DNA of 56,017 nucleotides from Patescibacteria group bacterium (GCA_043800905.1 JAZDMO010000013.1:1-56017); one strand, 5' to 3'; counted from the stretch's first letter, positions 1 through 9,046 are shown. The notes: generated by a model from the letters alone, not told the origin. Numbers and translations: made by a program.

Positions 1-134
1 GTACAGATTTTAATAGAATAACAGATAATGAAATCAAAACAGTTGAAAATATACTAAACAATCGTCCAAGAAAACGTCTTGGATACAAAACACCCTTAGA
101 AGTCTTTAATGAAAGTGTTGCGGTTAAAGGTTGA
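1..134 (+). mobile_element. IS30-family transposase, C-terminal fragment (cut by window edge)
   Basis: Frame from nt 3 reads TDFNRITDNEIKTVENILNNRPRKRLGYKTPLEVFNESVAVKG*; LNNRPRKRLGYKTP is the typical IS30 transposase C-terminal motif. Not in the ORF track. Confidence 0.9.
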
Positions 135-140
135 ATGTAC
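115..140 (+). mobile_element. IS30-type right terminal inverted repeat
   Basis: Reverse complement GTACATTCAACCTTTAACCGCAACAC resembles the IS30 terminal IR pattern (TGTAGATTCAA...CGCAACA) and overlaps the transposase stop. Confidence 0.65.
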
Positions 141-222
141 CAACTGCAGTATTGACATAATCCCCTATTTATTTTAGTCTAGCAGACAGAGTTTTAGAAT
201 AACATTTTTTTGGAAGGAGATT

Positions 223-417
223 TTGCAAATGAAAGTTGAAGAAATCGAGCTTTCCCCTGAATTTTCTCTTATGGCTATTATTGTTGAGTCAGGAGATATT
301 GTTTGTGATCATATCGAATACCATGAGATAGACAAAGATTGTGAGGATAGAAAACTTTTCCATTGTGATGAATGTGGTAGAATCATCGCTTTTGAAAGGG
401 AGGGATATCGGGGGTAG
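223..417 (+). CDS. hypothetical protein (orphan, CxxC motif)
   Basis: TTGACA(152)-17-TAGTCT promoter and GGAAGGAG RBS upstream; CDECG motif. Confidence 0.6.
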   Translation: MQMKVEEIELSPEFSLMAIIVESGDIVCDHIEYHEIDKDCEDRKLFHCDECGRIIAFEREGYRG

Positions 418-429
418 AAGTCCTTTATT

Positions 430-840
430 TTAAATCCCAGGGCAATTTGAGGCAGGAGTGTACCCTGCAGCCTCAGCTTCTTCTTTAGAGGAGAACCAAA
501 TTTGGTTCTCCTTTTTTATTCTTTGAGCTCCAGAACACCATGGAGCATGATATTTGGTACCATTTTTTGAGGCAACATACTTGCCTGTTGATAAGGTAGA
601 TTCCCCTGTCTTTGCGATATTTTCATTACTTAAATTAGGATTTTTTAAAGTTTGAGATATTTGGGCTGCATTATAGATATTTATAGGGAGATTATTTTTT
701 TCTTTTTGAGATAATTGACCTAAACCATAGGAAGAAAAGGCTACTAAAATTATTAAAATAGCATTAAAAATAGAGTTGTTTTCTAGAAGACTATCCCCTG
801 TTATCTTGATTTTATTTAAAATTTCCTTTATAATTCGCAT
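430..840 (-). CDS. membrane-anchored protein with Ada metal-binding-like domain
   Basis: N-terminal TM helix; C-terminal YVASKNGTKYHAPWCSGAQRIKKENQIWFSSKEEAEAAGYTPASNC. Confidence 0.8.
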   Translation of the reverse strand: MRIIKEILNKIKITGDSLLENNSIFNAILIILVAFSSYGLGQLSQKEKNNLPINIYNAAQISQTLKNPNLSNENIAKTGESTLSTGKYVASKNGTKYHAPWCSGAQRIKKENQIWFSSKEEAEAAGYTPASNCPGI

Positions 841-970
841 TAGTTTAAATTTTATTGATACCCATTATATCATTATCTTTTAAATTTTAAATAATACTAA
901 AGTTGGTTTGCTATAGATTAACATTTATTTCTATAAACTGAAAACCAACCTACTAATTTATTAAACAAAT

Positions 971-1243
971 ATGTCACATAAAAAAGCCGGAGGATCAGCA
1001 AAAAATCTTACCGATTCCAAGCCTAAATATCTTGGAACTAAATTATACGATGGACAAGTAGCCAAAGTAGGTTCCATTATTGTAAGACAAAGAGGAACTA
1101 AAATTTTAGCAGGAAAAAATGTTGCTATGGGTAAAGATCATACTCTTTTTTCAATTAAATCAGGAAAAGTTAAATTTAGCGAAATTAGAAAAGGTAAGTT
1201 TGATGGCTCAACCAAAAGAATAAAAGTAGCGAATATAGAATAA
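971..1243 (+). CDS. rpmA: 50S ribosomal protein L27
   Basis: [27 protein letters not shown] motifs. Confidence 0.98.
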   Translation: MSHKKAGGSAKNLTDSKPKYLGTKLYDGQVAKVGSIIVRQRGTKILAGKNVAMGKDHTLFSIKSGKVKFSEIRKGKFDGSTKRIKVANIE

Positions 1244-1290
1244 AATAAAAAGAGCGACGGACTAATGTCCGTCGCTCTTTTTATTTTATT
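1239..1290. terminator. long perfect hairpin / bidirectional terminator after rpmA
   Basis: AATAAAATAAAAAGAGCGACGGAC-TAAT-GTCCGTCGCTCTTTTTATTTTATT. Confidence 0.8.
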
Positions 1291-1382
1291 ATCTCTCCTT
1301 TAGGAGCAAAACCCTCACCTTTAGGCGATTGTTTAAACATTTGTTGTTAGATGACTTCGTCATATAAGTTTAAATAGGTATA

Positions 1383-1483
1383 GTTAACGTACACCGATGA
1401 AGCGAAGTTTTCTTGAGCGAAGCGAAAGAAAATTTGGGAGAGGTTTTCGATAGGAGACCGAACCGCTTATCGCGTTGTTATCG
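1383..1483 (+). other. attC-like folded recombination site
   Basis: GTTAAC-GTACAC-CGAT(G)AAGCG ... CGCTTATCG-CGTT-GTTATCG, with one extrahelical base and internal hairpins; bounded by a GTTA direct repeat. Confidence 0.5.
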
Positions 1484-1627
1484 GATGTGGTAAAAAAATG
1501 AAATCGTATTTGACTTATTAGTTTAATATTGTAATATATACTAAACGTTATTTATAGTATCATAGTAGCATATCAATAAAGATTTCATAAATTATTTTGG
1601 AAATTTAAAACGTGAAAGGAGGGAGCC

Positions 1628-1978
1628 GTGGAATTAAAGTTTGAACTAATTAGGTGGGTGAGAAAGAATGGGATATGTCGTTATCGGGAAGCAATCGGTT
1701 TTCAGGTAACGCCAGTTTCGAACGACCAGGCAACGAGAAATTATTGCAAAGCATTGTTTGATAAATGTATGAGCGGTCATTTCCCGTTTAAAGTGGAAGA
1801 AACTCAAATCGTTTTTCATCTACCCGGACTTGGTGAGGTACGTGTTCCATGCATTCCGCCGGACACGGAAGAAATGATTCATAACATCAAAAAATGGAAA
1901 TCATGGCTTGGTTACATTGATCATCCCCGAAACAACCCTGAAAACGGTTTTAAGTACGAGGTAATGACGTGCTTTTAA
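1628..1978 (+). CDS. hypothetical protein (cassette passenger)
   Basis: GTG start after GAAAGGAGGG; TTGACT(1510)-16-TAATAT promoter; terminator at 1998-2030. Confidence 0.75.
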   Translation: MELKFELIRWVRKNGICRYREAIGFQVTPVSNDQATRNYCKALFDKCMSGHFPFKVEETQIVFHLPGLGEVRVPCIPPDTEEMIHNIKKWKSWLGYIDHPRNNPENGFKYEVMTCF

Positions 1979-2115
1979 TGCACATTGGAATTAATCTGGC
2001 CTTGGCGCAACAGTATGCCGAGGCCTTTTTTATTTTAAAATTTCCAAAATAATTTGTTTTCTGGTAAGAAAACATTTTTTACTATTTCCGATAACTGTAC
2101 CTATTTAAACTTATA

Positions 2116-2169
2116 CTCCTCGCAATGACGAACCTTCGGTTCGTCATTGCGAGCCTGCCTGCCGGCAGG
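2116..2169. repeat. REP-like palindrome cluster (CTCGCAATGAC/GTCATTGCGAG plus CCTGCCTGCCGGCAGG)
   Basis: Same units recur at 8941, 11486-11692, 22038-22186, 37001-37400, 43659 and 54639. Confidence 0.85.
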
Positions 2170-2352
2170 TCTAGAAATAAATAATTACAGCTTTTAAGCT
2201 GAACCAAAACTACCGCCTTTCAGGCGGTAGTGGTTTATTCTAGTATTAAGTTTGTCTGTTGGCAGGTATTATGTAGTATGTACTATGTATAAAAAATTTA
2301 CGAAGTGAATTTTTCCCTTAATACGTAATACTTGATACATAATACACCGTTC

Positions 2353-2796
2353 TTACTCCGCTTTAACAATTAGTTTAATCATTTCTTTTTTCTCTCCAAC
2401 CTTAATTTCTACTTCATGCTCCCCTATTTCTTTGATTGGAGTTTTTAAATCAAATAATTCTGGATCAATTTTAATTCCATTTTTTTCTGAAATAGCTTGA
2501 GTAATTTCTTCAGCCCCAATTCCTGCGAATAAAGTTCCTTCTTCATTAGCCTTGGCTGTAATTTCTAAAGGAGTTTCATTAATTTTTGCAATTGATTCTA
2601 TAATAGCGCTATTTTCTAATTGAATTTTTTCTTGGTGTTTTTCCTTTAGTAAAGCAATTTCTTTTTCAGTTTGTATTGTTGCCATCTTAGCTTTTTTTTG
2701 AGGTAATAAAAAATTCAAAGCATATCCGTTAGATACGTTTTTAATTTCAAATTTTTTTCCTATTTTAGCAATGTCTTGTAGTAATATTACTTTCAT
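2353..2796 (-). CDS. rplI: 50S ribosomal protein L9
   Basis: MKVILLQDI, VSNGYALNFLLP, GTLFAGI, PIKEIGEHEV. Confidence 0.97.
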   Translation of the reverse strand: MKVILLQDIAKIGKKFEIKNVSNGYALNFLLPQKKAKMATIQTEKEIALLKEKHQEKIQLENSAIIESIAKINETPLEITAKANEEGTLFAGIGAEEITQAISEKNGIKIDPELFDLKTPIKEIGEHEVEIKVGEKKEMIKLIVKAE

Positions 2797-2832
2797 ATTT
2801 TTCTTGTGAGTGAAGCGAATTAGAAAAATATG

Positions 2833-2910
2833 ACCCTGTTAAATTCAAATTTCGAAGAAATTTGAAACATTTTATTTTTTAATAAAAATTAAATGTTATT
2901 TAACTGGGGT
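2833..2910. repeat. short palindromic element ACCCTGTTAAAT...ATTTAACTGGGGT
   Basis: Imperfect terminal IR with an internal TTCAAATTTCGAAGAAATTTGAA hairpin; related half-site CCCCTGTTAGAAAT at about 7379. Confidence 0.55.
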
Positions 2911-3106
2911 AAATTTAATTCACCTTCTCTTTCTATTATTAATTTCCCTATAACTTTATTACAAAAATAACTTTTTTGCAACCAAAATGCTACTCCCCTT
3001 TCTAAACGGTCGTTTAAAAAAGGGAGTAATGAGGATAATTAAAAAAAATATTAATAAAAAAACCACCTCCGCCAGCTGGCGGAGGCGGACTAAAAACCTA
3101 GAATAT

Positions 3107-4333
3107 TTACATGTCCTGTAAAATCTCAATCGCTTTTTCTAATTGCGGGTCTTGGCCGTTTTTTGTATTTTCAGGAGTAAGTTCAACTTCATAATCAGGA
3201 GTTAAACCATTTTCTGAAATTGAATTACCTAAAGGGGTTAACCAGCGTGCAACGGTTATCTTTAAAGAAGTTTCTGGAGTGATTTTAACCAATTCTTGAA
3301 CAGAACCTTTTCCAAAACTGGTTGTTCCGACTAAAATAGCTTTTCCATATTCGTTCAAAGCGCCAGCTAAAATTTCAGAAGCAGAAGCTGAACCCCCGTT
3401 TATTAATATAGCTAGTTTTAAATTTTCATTGAAAATATCATAACCACGGCTAGCATGAATATTGTTGGCTTTTTTCCCACCGAAATCTTCCGTAACAACC
3501 ACCTTACCCATAGGTAAGAACCAGCTAGCGATATCGTTGGCTGCTTCTAAATAACCACCGGGGTTTCCCCTGAGATCAATTATAAGTTTATCGGTATTGC
3601 TTTCAATAAATTCTCTCAAAGCTTCTCTAAATAAATTTGGTGACGGAGCGGTAAAACTATAAAGATGAATAATAAAAACCCCATTTTTAATTTCTGTTTT
3701 AAGAGTTGGAATATTAATAATATCTCGGGTAATCGTAATTTCTAAATTTTCTTTCTCCCCTTCTCTTTCAATCAGTAAAACTACATTAGTTCCTCTTTTT
3801 CCTCTAATCAATTGAACCGCTTCAGTGGTGTCCATATTTAAAGCAGAAACACCATCGATTTTCAAAATTTTATCTTGAGGTTTAATTCCAGCTTTTTCAG
3901 CAGGCGTATCTTTAAGAGGAGCAACTACAATTAAATTATTGTCTTTAATTCCTATTTCCATTCCGACCCCTTCAAAATTTCCAGCAATATCACTTTCAAA
4001 AATAGCAGATTCAGAAGGCGGCATGAAAACCGTGTAAGGATCTTTATAGGAACTAGCTAAACCTTGGATTGCTCCCCAGACTTTTGCTTGATTGTCGATT
4101 TTTTCTTCTTCTCCGTGAGCAACAAATTTTTCATCTAGTATTTGCCAAGATTTCCAGAATGTTCCAAAATCCACATCTTTAACTAAAAGGTTATCTTTAT
4201 TAATAATGTTATTTAAAGCGATTTGGTTTTTCTGATAGTTTGTTCCTAAATAAAAAGAAATTCCCGTAAGCCCTACTAAGGCTAAGGCAATAGAAATATT
4301 TTTAAAATTAATTTTTTTAATTTTTATCATCAT
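3107..4333 (-). CDS. ctpA: C-terminal processing peptidase, S41 family (PDZ)
   Basis: DPYT, FEGVGMEI, DLRGNPGG, SASASEI, SFGKGSVQ motifs; N-terminal anchor. Confidence 0.95.
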   Translation of the reverse strand: MMIKIKKINFKNISIALALVGLTGISFYLGTNYQKNQIALNNIINKDNLLVKDVDFGTFWKSWQILDEKFVAHGEEEKIDNQAKVWGAIQGLASSYKDPYTVFMPPSESAIFESDIAGNFEGVGMEIGIKDNNLIVVAPLKDTPAEKAGIKPQDKILKIDGVSALNMDTTEAVQLIRGKRGTNVVLLIEREGEKENLEITITRDIINIPTLKTEIKNGVFIIHLYSFTAPSPNLFREALREFIESNTDKLIIDLRGNPGGYLEAANDIASWFLPMGKVVVTEDFGGKKANNIHASRGYDIFNENLKLAILINGGSASASEILAGALNEYGKAILVGTTSFGKGSVQELVKITPETSLKITVARWLTPLGNSISENGLTPDYEVELTPENTKNGQDPQLEKAIEILQDM

Positions 4334-4465
4334 TAAATTATCTCAAAAAAAGATGATTATATCAAATATAAATGTTATTAGTTAAATGTGCTTTTATTCT
4401 ATCTTTGGAATGTGTTATTATAAAAAGATAAAAATTTATAATTGTAATTGTAAACATTATTTCTT

Positions 4466-5392
4466 ATGTTAAAAAAATATACTTCTGGTAATATCACTTG
4501 GATTGATTTATTAAAGCCCACTCGTGAAGAAGTGCGTAATTTGATGATTCAATATAAACTTCACCCTTTGGTGGCCGAAGAACTACTTTTGCCTACTTTT
4601 AAACCTAAGGTAGATTTGCATAAAGATTTTATTTATCTTATTTTACACTTCCCTACTTTCAAAAGAAAAACGGACGGTGTTAATGAATGCATCAATCGAG
4701 AAGTTGATTTTATCATAGGCAAAGAATTTATAATTACTTCTCGTTATGATTCAGTAAGCCCTTTAGAACAATTTTCTAAAATTTTTGAAGTAGAAACTAT
4801 TTTAAATGCTGAGGGAAAGAGTGCTGATCATGCGGGTTATCTCTTTTATAGTTTGGCTCATAAATTATATGAATCTTTAGGGAATGAATTGGATTATATT
4901 GAAGATTTGCAAGAAAGAATAGAAGCTCAAATTTTTCAAGGTAAAGAAAAACAAATGGTGCGAGAAATTTCTTTAGTGGGTCATAATTTGCTTGATTTTA
5001 AACAATCTACAGGTCACCATAGAGAAGTTTTGGAATCTTTAGAGGTGGCAGGAGAAGATTTTTTTGGAAAAGATTTTGTCTATTATTTAAGAAATATTAA
5101 TGATAAATCTCGAAGAATTTCTCATGGAGTTAAGACTAGTCAAGAAAACTTAAAGGAATTAAGAGAAACCAATGATTCTCTTTTGACGACTAAACAAAAT
5201 GAATCTATGAAAATTTTTACTATTTTAGCTTTTGTCACCTTTCCTCTTTCATTGCTAGCATCTCTTTTTGGAATGAATACAATTCATACCCCAGTAGTGG
5301 GTTGGAACCAAGATTTTTGGTGGATTATTGCTGGAATGATATTATCAACCACTGTAATGTTTAGTTTTTTTAAATACAAAAAATGGTTTTAA
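4466..5392 (+). CDS. corA: CorA-family Mg2+/Co2+ transporter
   Basis: TWIDL at the N-terminus; FGMN signature between two C-terminal TM helices. Confidence 0.92.
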   Translation: MLKKYTSGNITWIDLLKPTREEVRNLMIQYKLHPLVAEELLLPTFKPKVDLHKDFIYLILHFPTFKRKTDGVNECINREVDFIIGKEFIITSRYDSVSPLEQFSKIFEVETILNAEGKSADHAGYLFYSLAHKLYESLGNELDYIEDLQERIEAQIFQGKEKQMVREISLVGHNLLDFKQSTGHHREVLESLEVAGEDFFGKDFVYYLRNINDKSRRISHGVKTSQENLKELRETNDSLLTTKQNESMKIFTILAFVTFPLSLLASLFGMNTIHTPVVGWNQDFWWIIAGMILSTTVMFSFFKYKKWF

Positions 5393-6801
5393 AAATATAC
5401 AATACATTAGGACGAGAAAAACAAGAATTCAAACCGCTTAAGGATGGGCAGGTTTCTTTTTATTATTGTGGGCCGACTGTTTACAAAGAACAACATATTG
5501 GAAATTTAAGAGGAAATTTAATGGCTGACTTGATTCGTCGTTCGTTAGGTTACCTTGGTTATGAAGTAAATTTTGTTTCTAATTATACTGATGTGGGACA
5601 TTTGACTTCTGATGCCGATGGAGGAGAAGACAAAGTAAGTAAGCAGGCTAAATTAGAACAAAAAACTCCTGAAGAAATCATAAGTAAGGCAATAGAAATC
5701 TATGAACAAGATTCGACTGAATTAAACATTCTTCCTCCAACTTTGCGTTGTCGGGCAACTGATTATATTTCAGAAATGATTGATATGATTCGGGTTTTGA
5801 CGGATAAGGGGTTTACCTACAAAACAGATTTAGCTATCTATTTTGATATTTCTAAGGCGAATAATTATACCCAATTGTCAGGTCAAAATTTAGATGAATT
5901 AAGATCAGGTGCTGGAACCGGAGATATTGAAGATCCTAACAAAAAGAATCCGAGTGATTTTGCTGTTTGGTTTTTTAAGGTAGGAGAACACGAAAATACT
6001 TTGCAAACATGGGATTCACCTTGGGGTGAAGGTTTCCCTGGGTGGCATATAGAATGTTCAGCAATGGCGAAGAAAAACTTAGGAGATACTATTGATATTC
6101 ATATGGGAGGAATTGAACATGTCCCAACTCATCACACGAATGAAATTGCTCAAAGTGAATCAGCTAATGAGGTTAAATTTACAAACTATTGGATGCACAA
6201 CGAGCATCTTGGAATGGACGGAACTAAGATGAGTAAATCCTTAGGAAATGTTGTTTTAGTTAAAGATGTTAAAGAAAAAGGCTTCAATCCTTTAGCTTTG
6301 AGATACTTTTTTTTACAAGCGCATTATCGATCAAAACAAAATTTTACTTGGGAAGCCTTAGAATCTGCTCAAAAAGGATATAAGAATTTACTTAATTCCC
6401 TATCTAGCTTGGGTGAAAATGTTGGAAAAATTTCAGAAGATTTTAAGACTCAATTGAAAGAAAGATTAGGTGACGATTTTAATATCCCCCAAGCTTTAGC
6501 TTTAGTGTCAGAAGTTTTAAAATCAGATTTATCTAATGAGGATAAATTAGCCACGATTTTAGATTTTGATAAAGTTCTAGGATTAGATTTGAAAAAGAAT
6601 TCATTGTCTCTGCAAGGCACGAAGCAGTTCAGTCTAAACATCGAAGAATTACCTCAAGAAATTCAAGATTTAATTTCACAAAGAAATCAAGCACGAGAAA
6701 ATAAAGATTGGGCTGAGTCTGATAGGTTAAGAGATGAAATAGAAGAGAAAGGTTACGAAATAAAAGATACAAACGAAGGAATTAGGGTTATTAAAAAATA
6801 A
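5383..6801 (+). CDS. cysS: cysteine--tRNA ligase
   Basis: CGPTVY, HIGN, PGWHIECSAM, KMSKS motifs. Confidence 0.98.
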   Translation: MVLKIYNTLGREKQEFKPLKDGQVSFYYCGPTVYKEQHIGNLRGNLMADLIRRSLGYLGYEVNFVSNYTDVGHLTSDADGGEDKVSKQAKLEQKTPEEIISKAIEIYEQDSTELNILPPTLRCRATDYISEMIDMIRVLTDKGFTYKTDLAIYFDISKANNYTQLSGQNLDELRSGAGTGDIEDPNKKNPSDFAVWFFKVGEHENTLQTWDSPWGEGFPGWHIECSAMAKKNLGDTIDIHMGGIEHVPTHHTNEIAQSESANEVKFTNYWMHNEHLGMDGTKMSKSLGNVVLVKDVKEKGFNPLALRYFFLQAHYRSKQNFTWEALESAQKGYKNLLNSLSSLGENVGKISEDFKTQLKERLGDDFNIPQALALVSEVLKSDLSNEDKLATILDFDKVLGLDLKKNSLSLQGTKQFSLNIEELPQEIQDLISQRNQARENKDWAESDRLRDEIEEKGYEIKDTNEGIRVIKK

Positions 6802-6852
6802 CCTTAATTCTTTCGAATTATAAATTCTAGATTGTAAGTTTTAAATTAAATT

Positions 6853-6889
6853 AATAATAGGCGACCGCAGAGTGGTCGCCTTTTTTATT
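6853..6889 (+). terminator. intrinsic terminator of corA-cysS
   Basis: AGGCGACCGC-AGA-GTGGTCGCCT followed by a T-run. Confidence 0.8.
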
Positions 6890-6896
6890 GTAAGAA

Positions 6897-7093
6897 AATA
6901 AAAGATCGCCGAAGGGAAAATAAAGTTCCCCCCGGCGATCGACCATTTCAAGTTAGAAACTTGAGTAGTATGGCCTGAGATTCTTTAGGACTAAGAAAGA
7001 GTCTCCGCAGGATTAACGAAATCAAAACTTCTTCGTTGTCGTGGTGTAAATAACGACTAGCCCATAGATCTAAAACATGATCAACCTACGTAT
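6897..7093 (-). ncRNA. candidate structured ncRNA, copy 1
   Basis: TTGACT at 7122-7127 (minus), multi-stem core and terminator hairpin 6904-6940; homologous to copy 2 with covarying helices; no ORF. Confidence 0.65.
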
Positions 7094-7128
7094 TTAAATA
7101 TATACCTTTTTTAGAATAAATAGTCAAT

Positions 7129-7307
7129 AAAAAACCCCTGCCATAATAAACAGCAGGGGGTGGGGTTTACAGGGTCAAGATTAAATCCCCCGAAAAATTA
7201 GCGAGATAAACCCGCTGTCGTAGTGGGGCAAAACCCCGACGGAATAAAATTCCGACAAACGACTGACCCAGAGATTTTCTGCAAATGCAGATAATCCACT
7301 TTCGTAT
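7129..7307 (-). ncRNA. candidate structured ncRNA, copy 2
   Basis: TTGACT(7336-7341)-17-TAGTAT promoter, same core as copy 1, terminator CCCCTGC...GCAGGGG-T6. Confidence 0.7.
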
Positions 7308-7427
7308 TTTTTATACTAACAACTTTAACACAAAAAGTCAATTAATTAACTTAAATCAAGAATTAGTCCACACTCTATCCCCTGTTAGAAATAATTTACA
7401 AATTTCTATTTATGTTAAAATAATCCT

Positions 7428-8831
7428 ATGCAAATTATTACAGACGATATCATTACCGGAAATGGATTGAGAATTCCTCCACAAAATATTGATTCTGAAA
7501 AAGCTCTGCTTGGTTCTATTATGCTTCGTCCTGAGGTTGCCTATGATATTTTAGATATTATTTCTTCAGAATGTTTTTATTCAGAAAGACATCGCATTAT
7601 TTTTAATGCCATGATGGATTTGTTCGGCAAAAAAGAACCTATCGACTTGTTGACTCTTTCAACAAAACTAAAAGAAAATAAACAATTAGATCAAGTGGGA
7701 GGAAATATTTTTTTGACAGAATTGGTAAATATAGTCCCCTCTTCTGCGAATGCTGAACATTATGCCAAAATTGTGCATAAAAAGTATATGATGCGTCGTT
7801 TGATTAAAGCCTCGGAAGAAATTTCAGATTTGGGTTATGGAGAATCAGAAAGTTTAGAACATTCTTTAGACAAAGCGGAAAAAAGTATTTTTGAAGTGAC
7901 TAGTTCTTTAGTTTCAAAATCTTACGTTAAAATGAAAGATATTTTGGGTGAAGCTTGGGAGCGTTTAAATAAGTTGCAAGAATCAGATGGAAAACTTCGA
8001 GGAGTACCAACTGGTTTTAAAGAATTGGATGCTAAACTTTCTGGTTTTCAAAATTCAGATTTAATTATTTTAGCCGCTCGTCCTTCTATGGGAAAAACTT
8101 CTTTAGCTTTGGATATTGCTCGTAAAGTAGCTGTGGATCATCAAAAAACTGTGGCGATTTTTTCTCTGGAAATGAGCTCTCAACAATTAGTAGATAGAAT
8201 GTTAGCGGCTGATTCTAATGTAGATGCTTGGAAATTAAGAACGGGTCGTTTGAATAAAGAAGAAGAATTTTCTTTAATTAGACAATCTTTGGATAATTTA
8301 TCAAAAGCTCCTATTTTTATTGATGATCACGCAGCTAATAACATTTTAAATATGCGTTCCGTGGCCCGTAAGTTAAAAAGACAACATGGTTTGGCTTTGA
8401 TAATAGTTGATTATTTGCAGTTAATGGCCCCAACTCAAACCCAAAAATCAGATTCAATGGTGCAACAGGTGACGGAAATATCCCGTTCTCTTAAACAGTT
8501 GGCTCGTGAATTAGATGTTCCTGTGCTTGCTCTTTCTCAACTGTCTCGTGCTGTGGAAAGCCGCGGAGGTCGTCCTCGCTTATCAGATTTGAGAGATTCA
8601 GGTTCCATTGAACAGGATGCTGATTTAGTAATGTTTATTCATCGAGAAAACAATGAGGATGGTTCGGGTAAATCAAATTTCACAGAAATCTTAATTGAAA
8701 AACATCGAAATGGGCCAACTGGAAAAGTTGATTTGAATTTCAATGATAAGAAGGCAACTTTTCAAAGTATTGATACAGCTGATTTTGATGATTTTGATCT
8801 TCCTTCCGAAGAGGAGGAAGATAATTTTTAA
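7428..8831 (+). CDS. dnaB: replicative DNA helicase
   Basis: PPQNIDSE, AARPSMGKT, IVDYLQLM, SDLRDSGSIEQDAD. Confidence 0.98.
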   Translation: MQIITDDIITGNGLRIPPQNIDSEKALLGSIMLRPEVAYDILDIISSECFYSERHRIIFNAMMDLFGKKEPIDLLTLSTKLKENKQLDQVGGNIFLTELVNIVPSSANAEHYAKIVHKKYMMRRLIKASEEISDLGYGESESLEHSLDKAEKSIFEVTSSLVSKSYVKMKDILGEAWERLNKLQESDGKLRGVPTGFKELDAKLSGFQNSDLIILAARPSMGKTSLALDIARKVAVDHQKTVAIFSLEMSSQQLVDRMLAADSNVDAWKLRTGRLNKEEEFSLIRQSLDNLSKAPIFIDDHAANNILNMRSVARKLKRQHGLALIIVDYLQLMAPTQTQKSDSMVQQVTEISRSLKQLARELDVPVLALSQLSRAVESRGGRPRLSDLRDSGSIEQDADLVMFIHRENNEDGSGKSNFTEILIEKHRNGPTGKVDLNFNDKKATFQSIDTADFDDFDLPSEEEEDNF

Positions 8832-8940
8832 TTTCGTTAAAATTCAATTTCTAATTTTAAATTTTAAATTTCAAAAAAATCCCCTAGAAATATATCGTAA
8901 AGACTGTTGCAAAAAAACCATTACAAAAAGCAAAGCTTTT

Positions 8941-9040
8941 CGTCTTTGCGAGGAATGGAACGAAGTGGAATAACGAAGCAATCCAGAAATGCAGGTTGCG
9001 AAGCAACCATACTTAATACATAATACTTGATACCTAATAC
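8941..9040. repeat. REP-like unit followed by TAATAC(A/T)-type heptamer repeats
   Basis: GTCTTTGCGAGG...CGAAGCAATCCAG, then ATACTTAATACATAATACTTGATACCTAATAC. Confidence 0.75.
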
Positions 9041-9046
9041 ATATTT

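Larger units (their letters stand above)
1363..2115. mobile_element. non-autonomous IR-bounded cassette carrying one passenger gene
   Basis: Left TATAAGTTTAAATAGGTATAGTTA versus right reverse complement TATAAGTTTAAATAGGTACAGTTA; further IR segments 1481-1500/2073-2091 and 1589-1610/2033-2055; sits between the two halves of a REP-like unit. Confidence 0.65.

Noticed and set aside
1355-1390. dif/Xer site
   Set aside because: No TTATGTTAAAT XerD arm or 11-6-11 layout; better explained as the terminal IR paired with 2092-2115.
6960-7307. HDV-like or hammerhead ribozyme assignment for the tandem RNAs
   Set aside because: No CUGANGA/GAAA core; no P3 loop, P1.1 or J4/2 catalytic C. Only the gross pseudoknot topology is similar.
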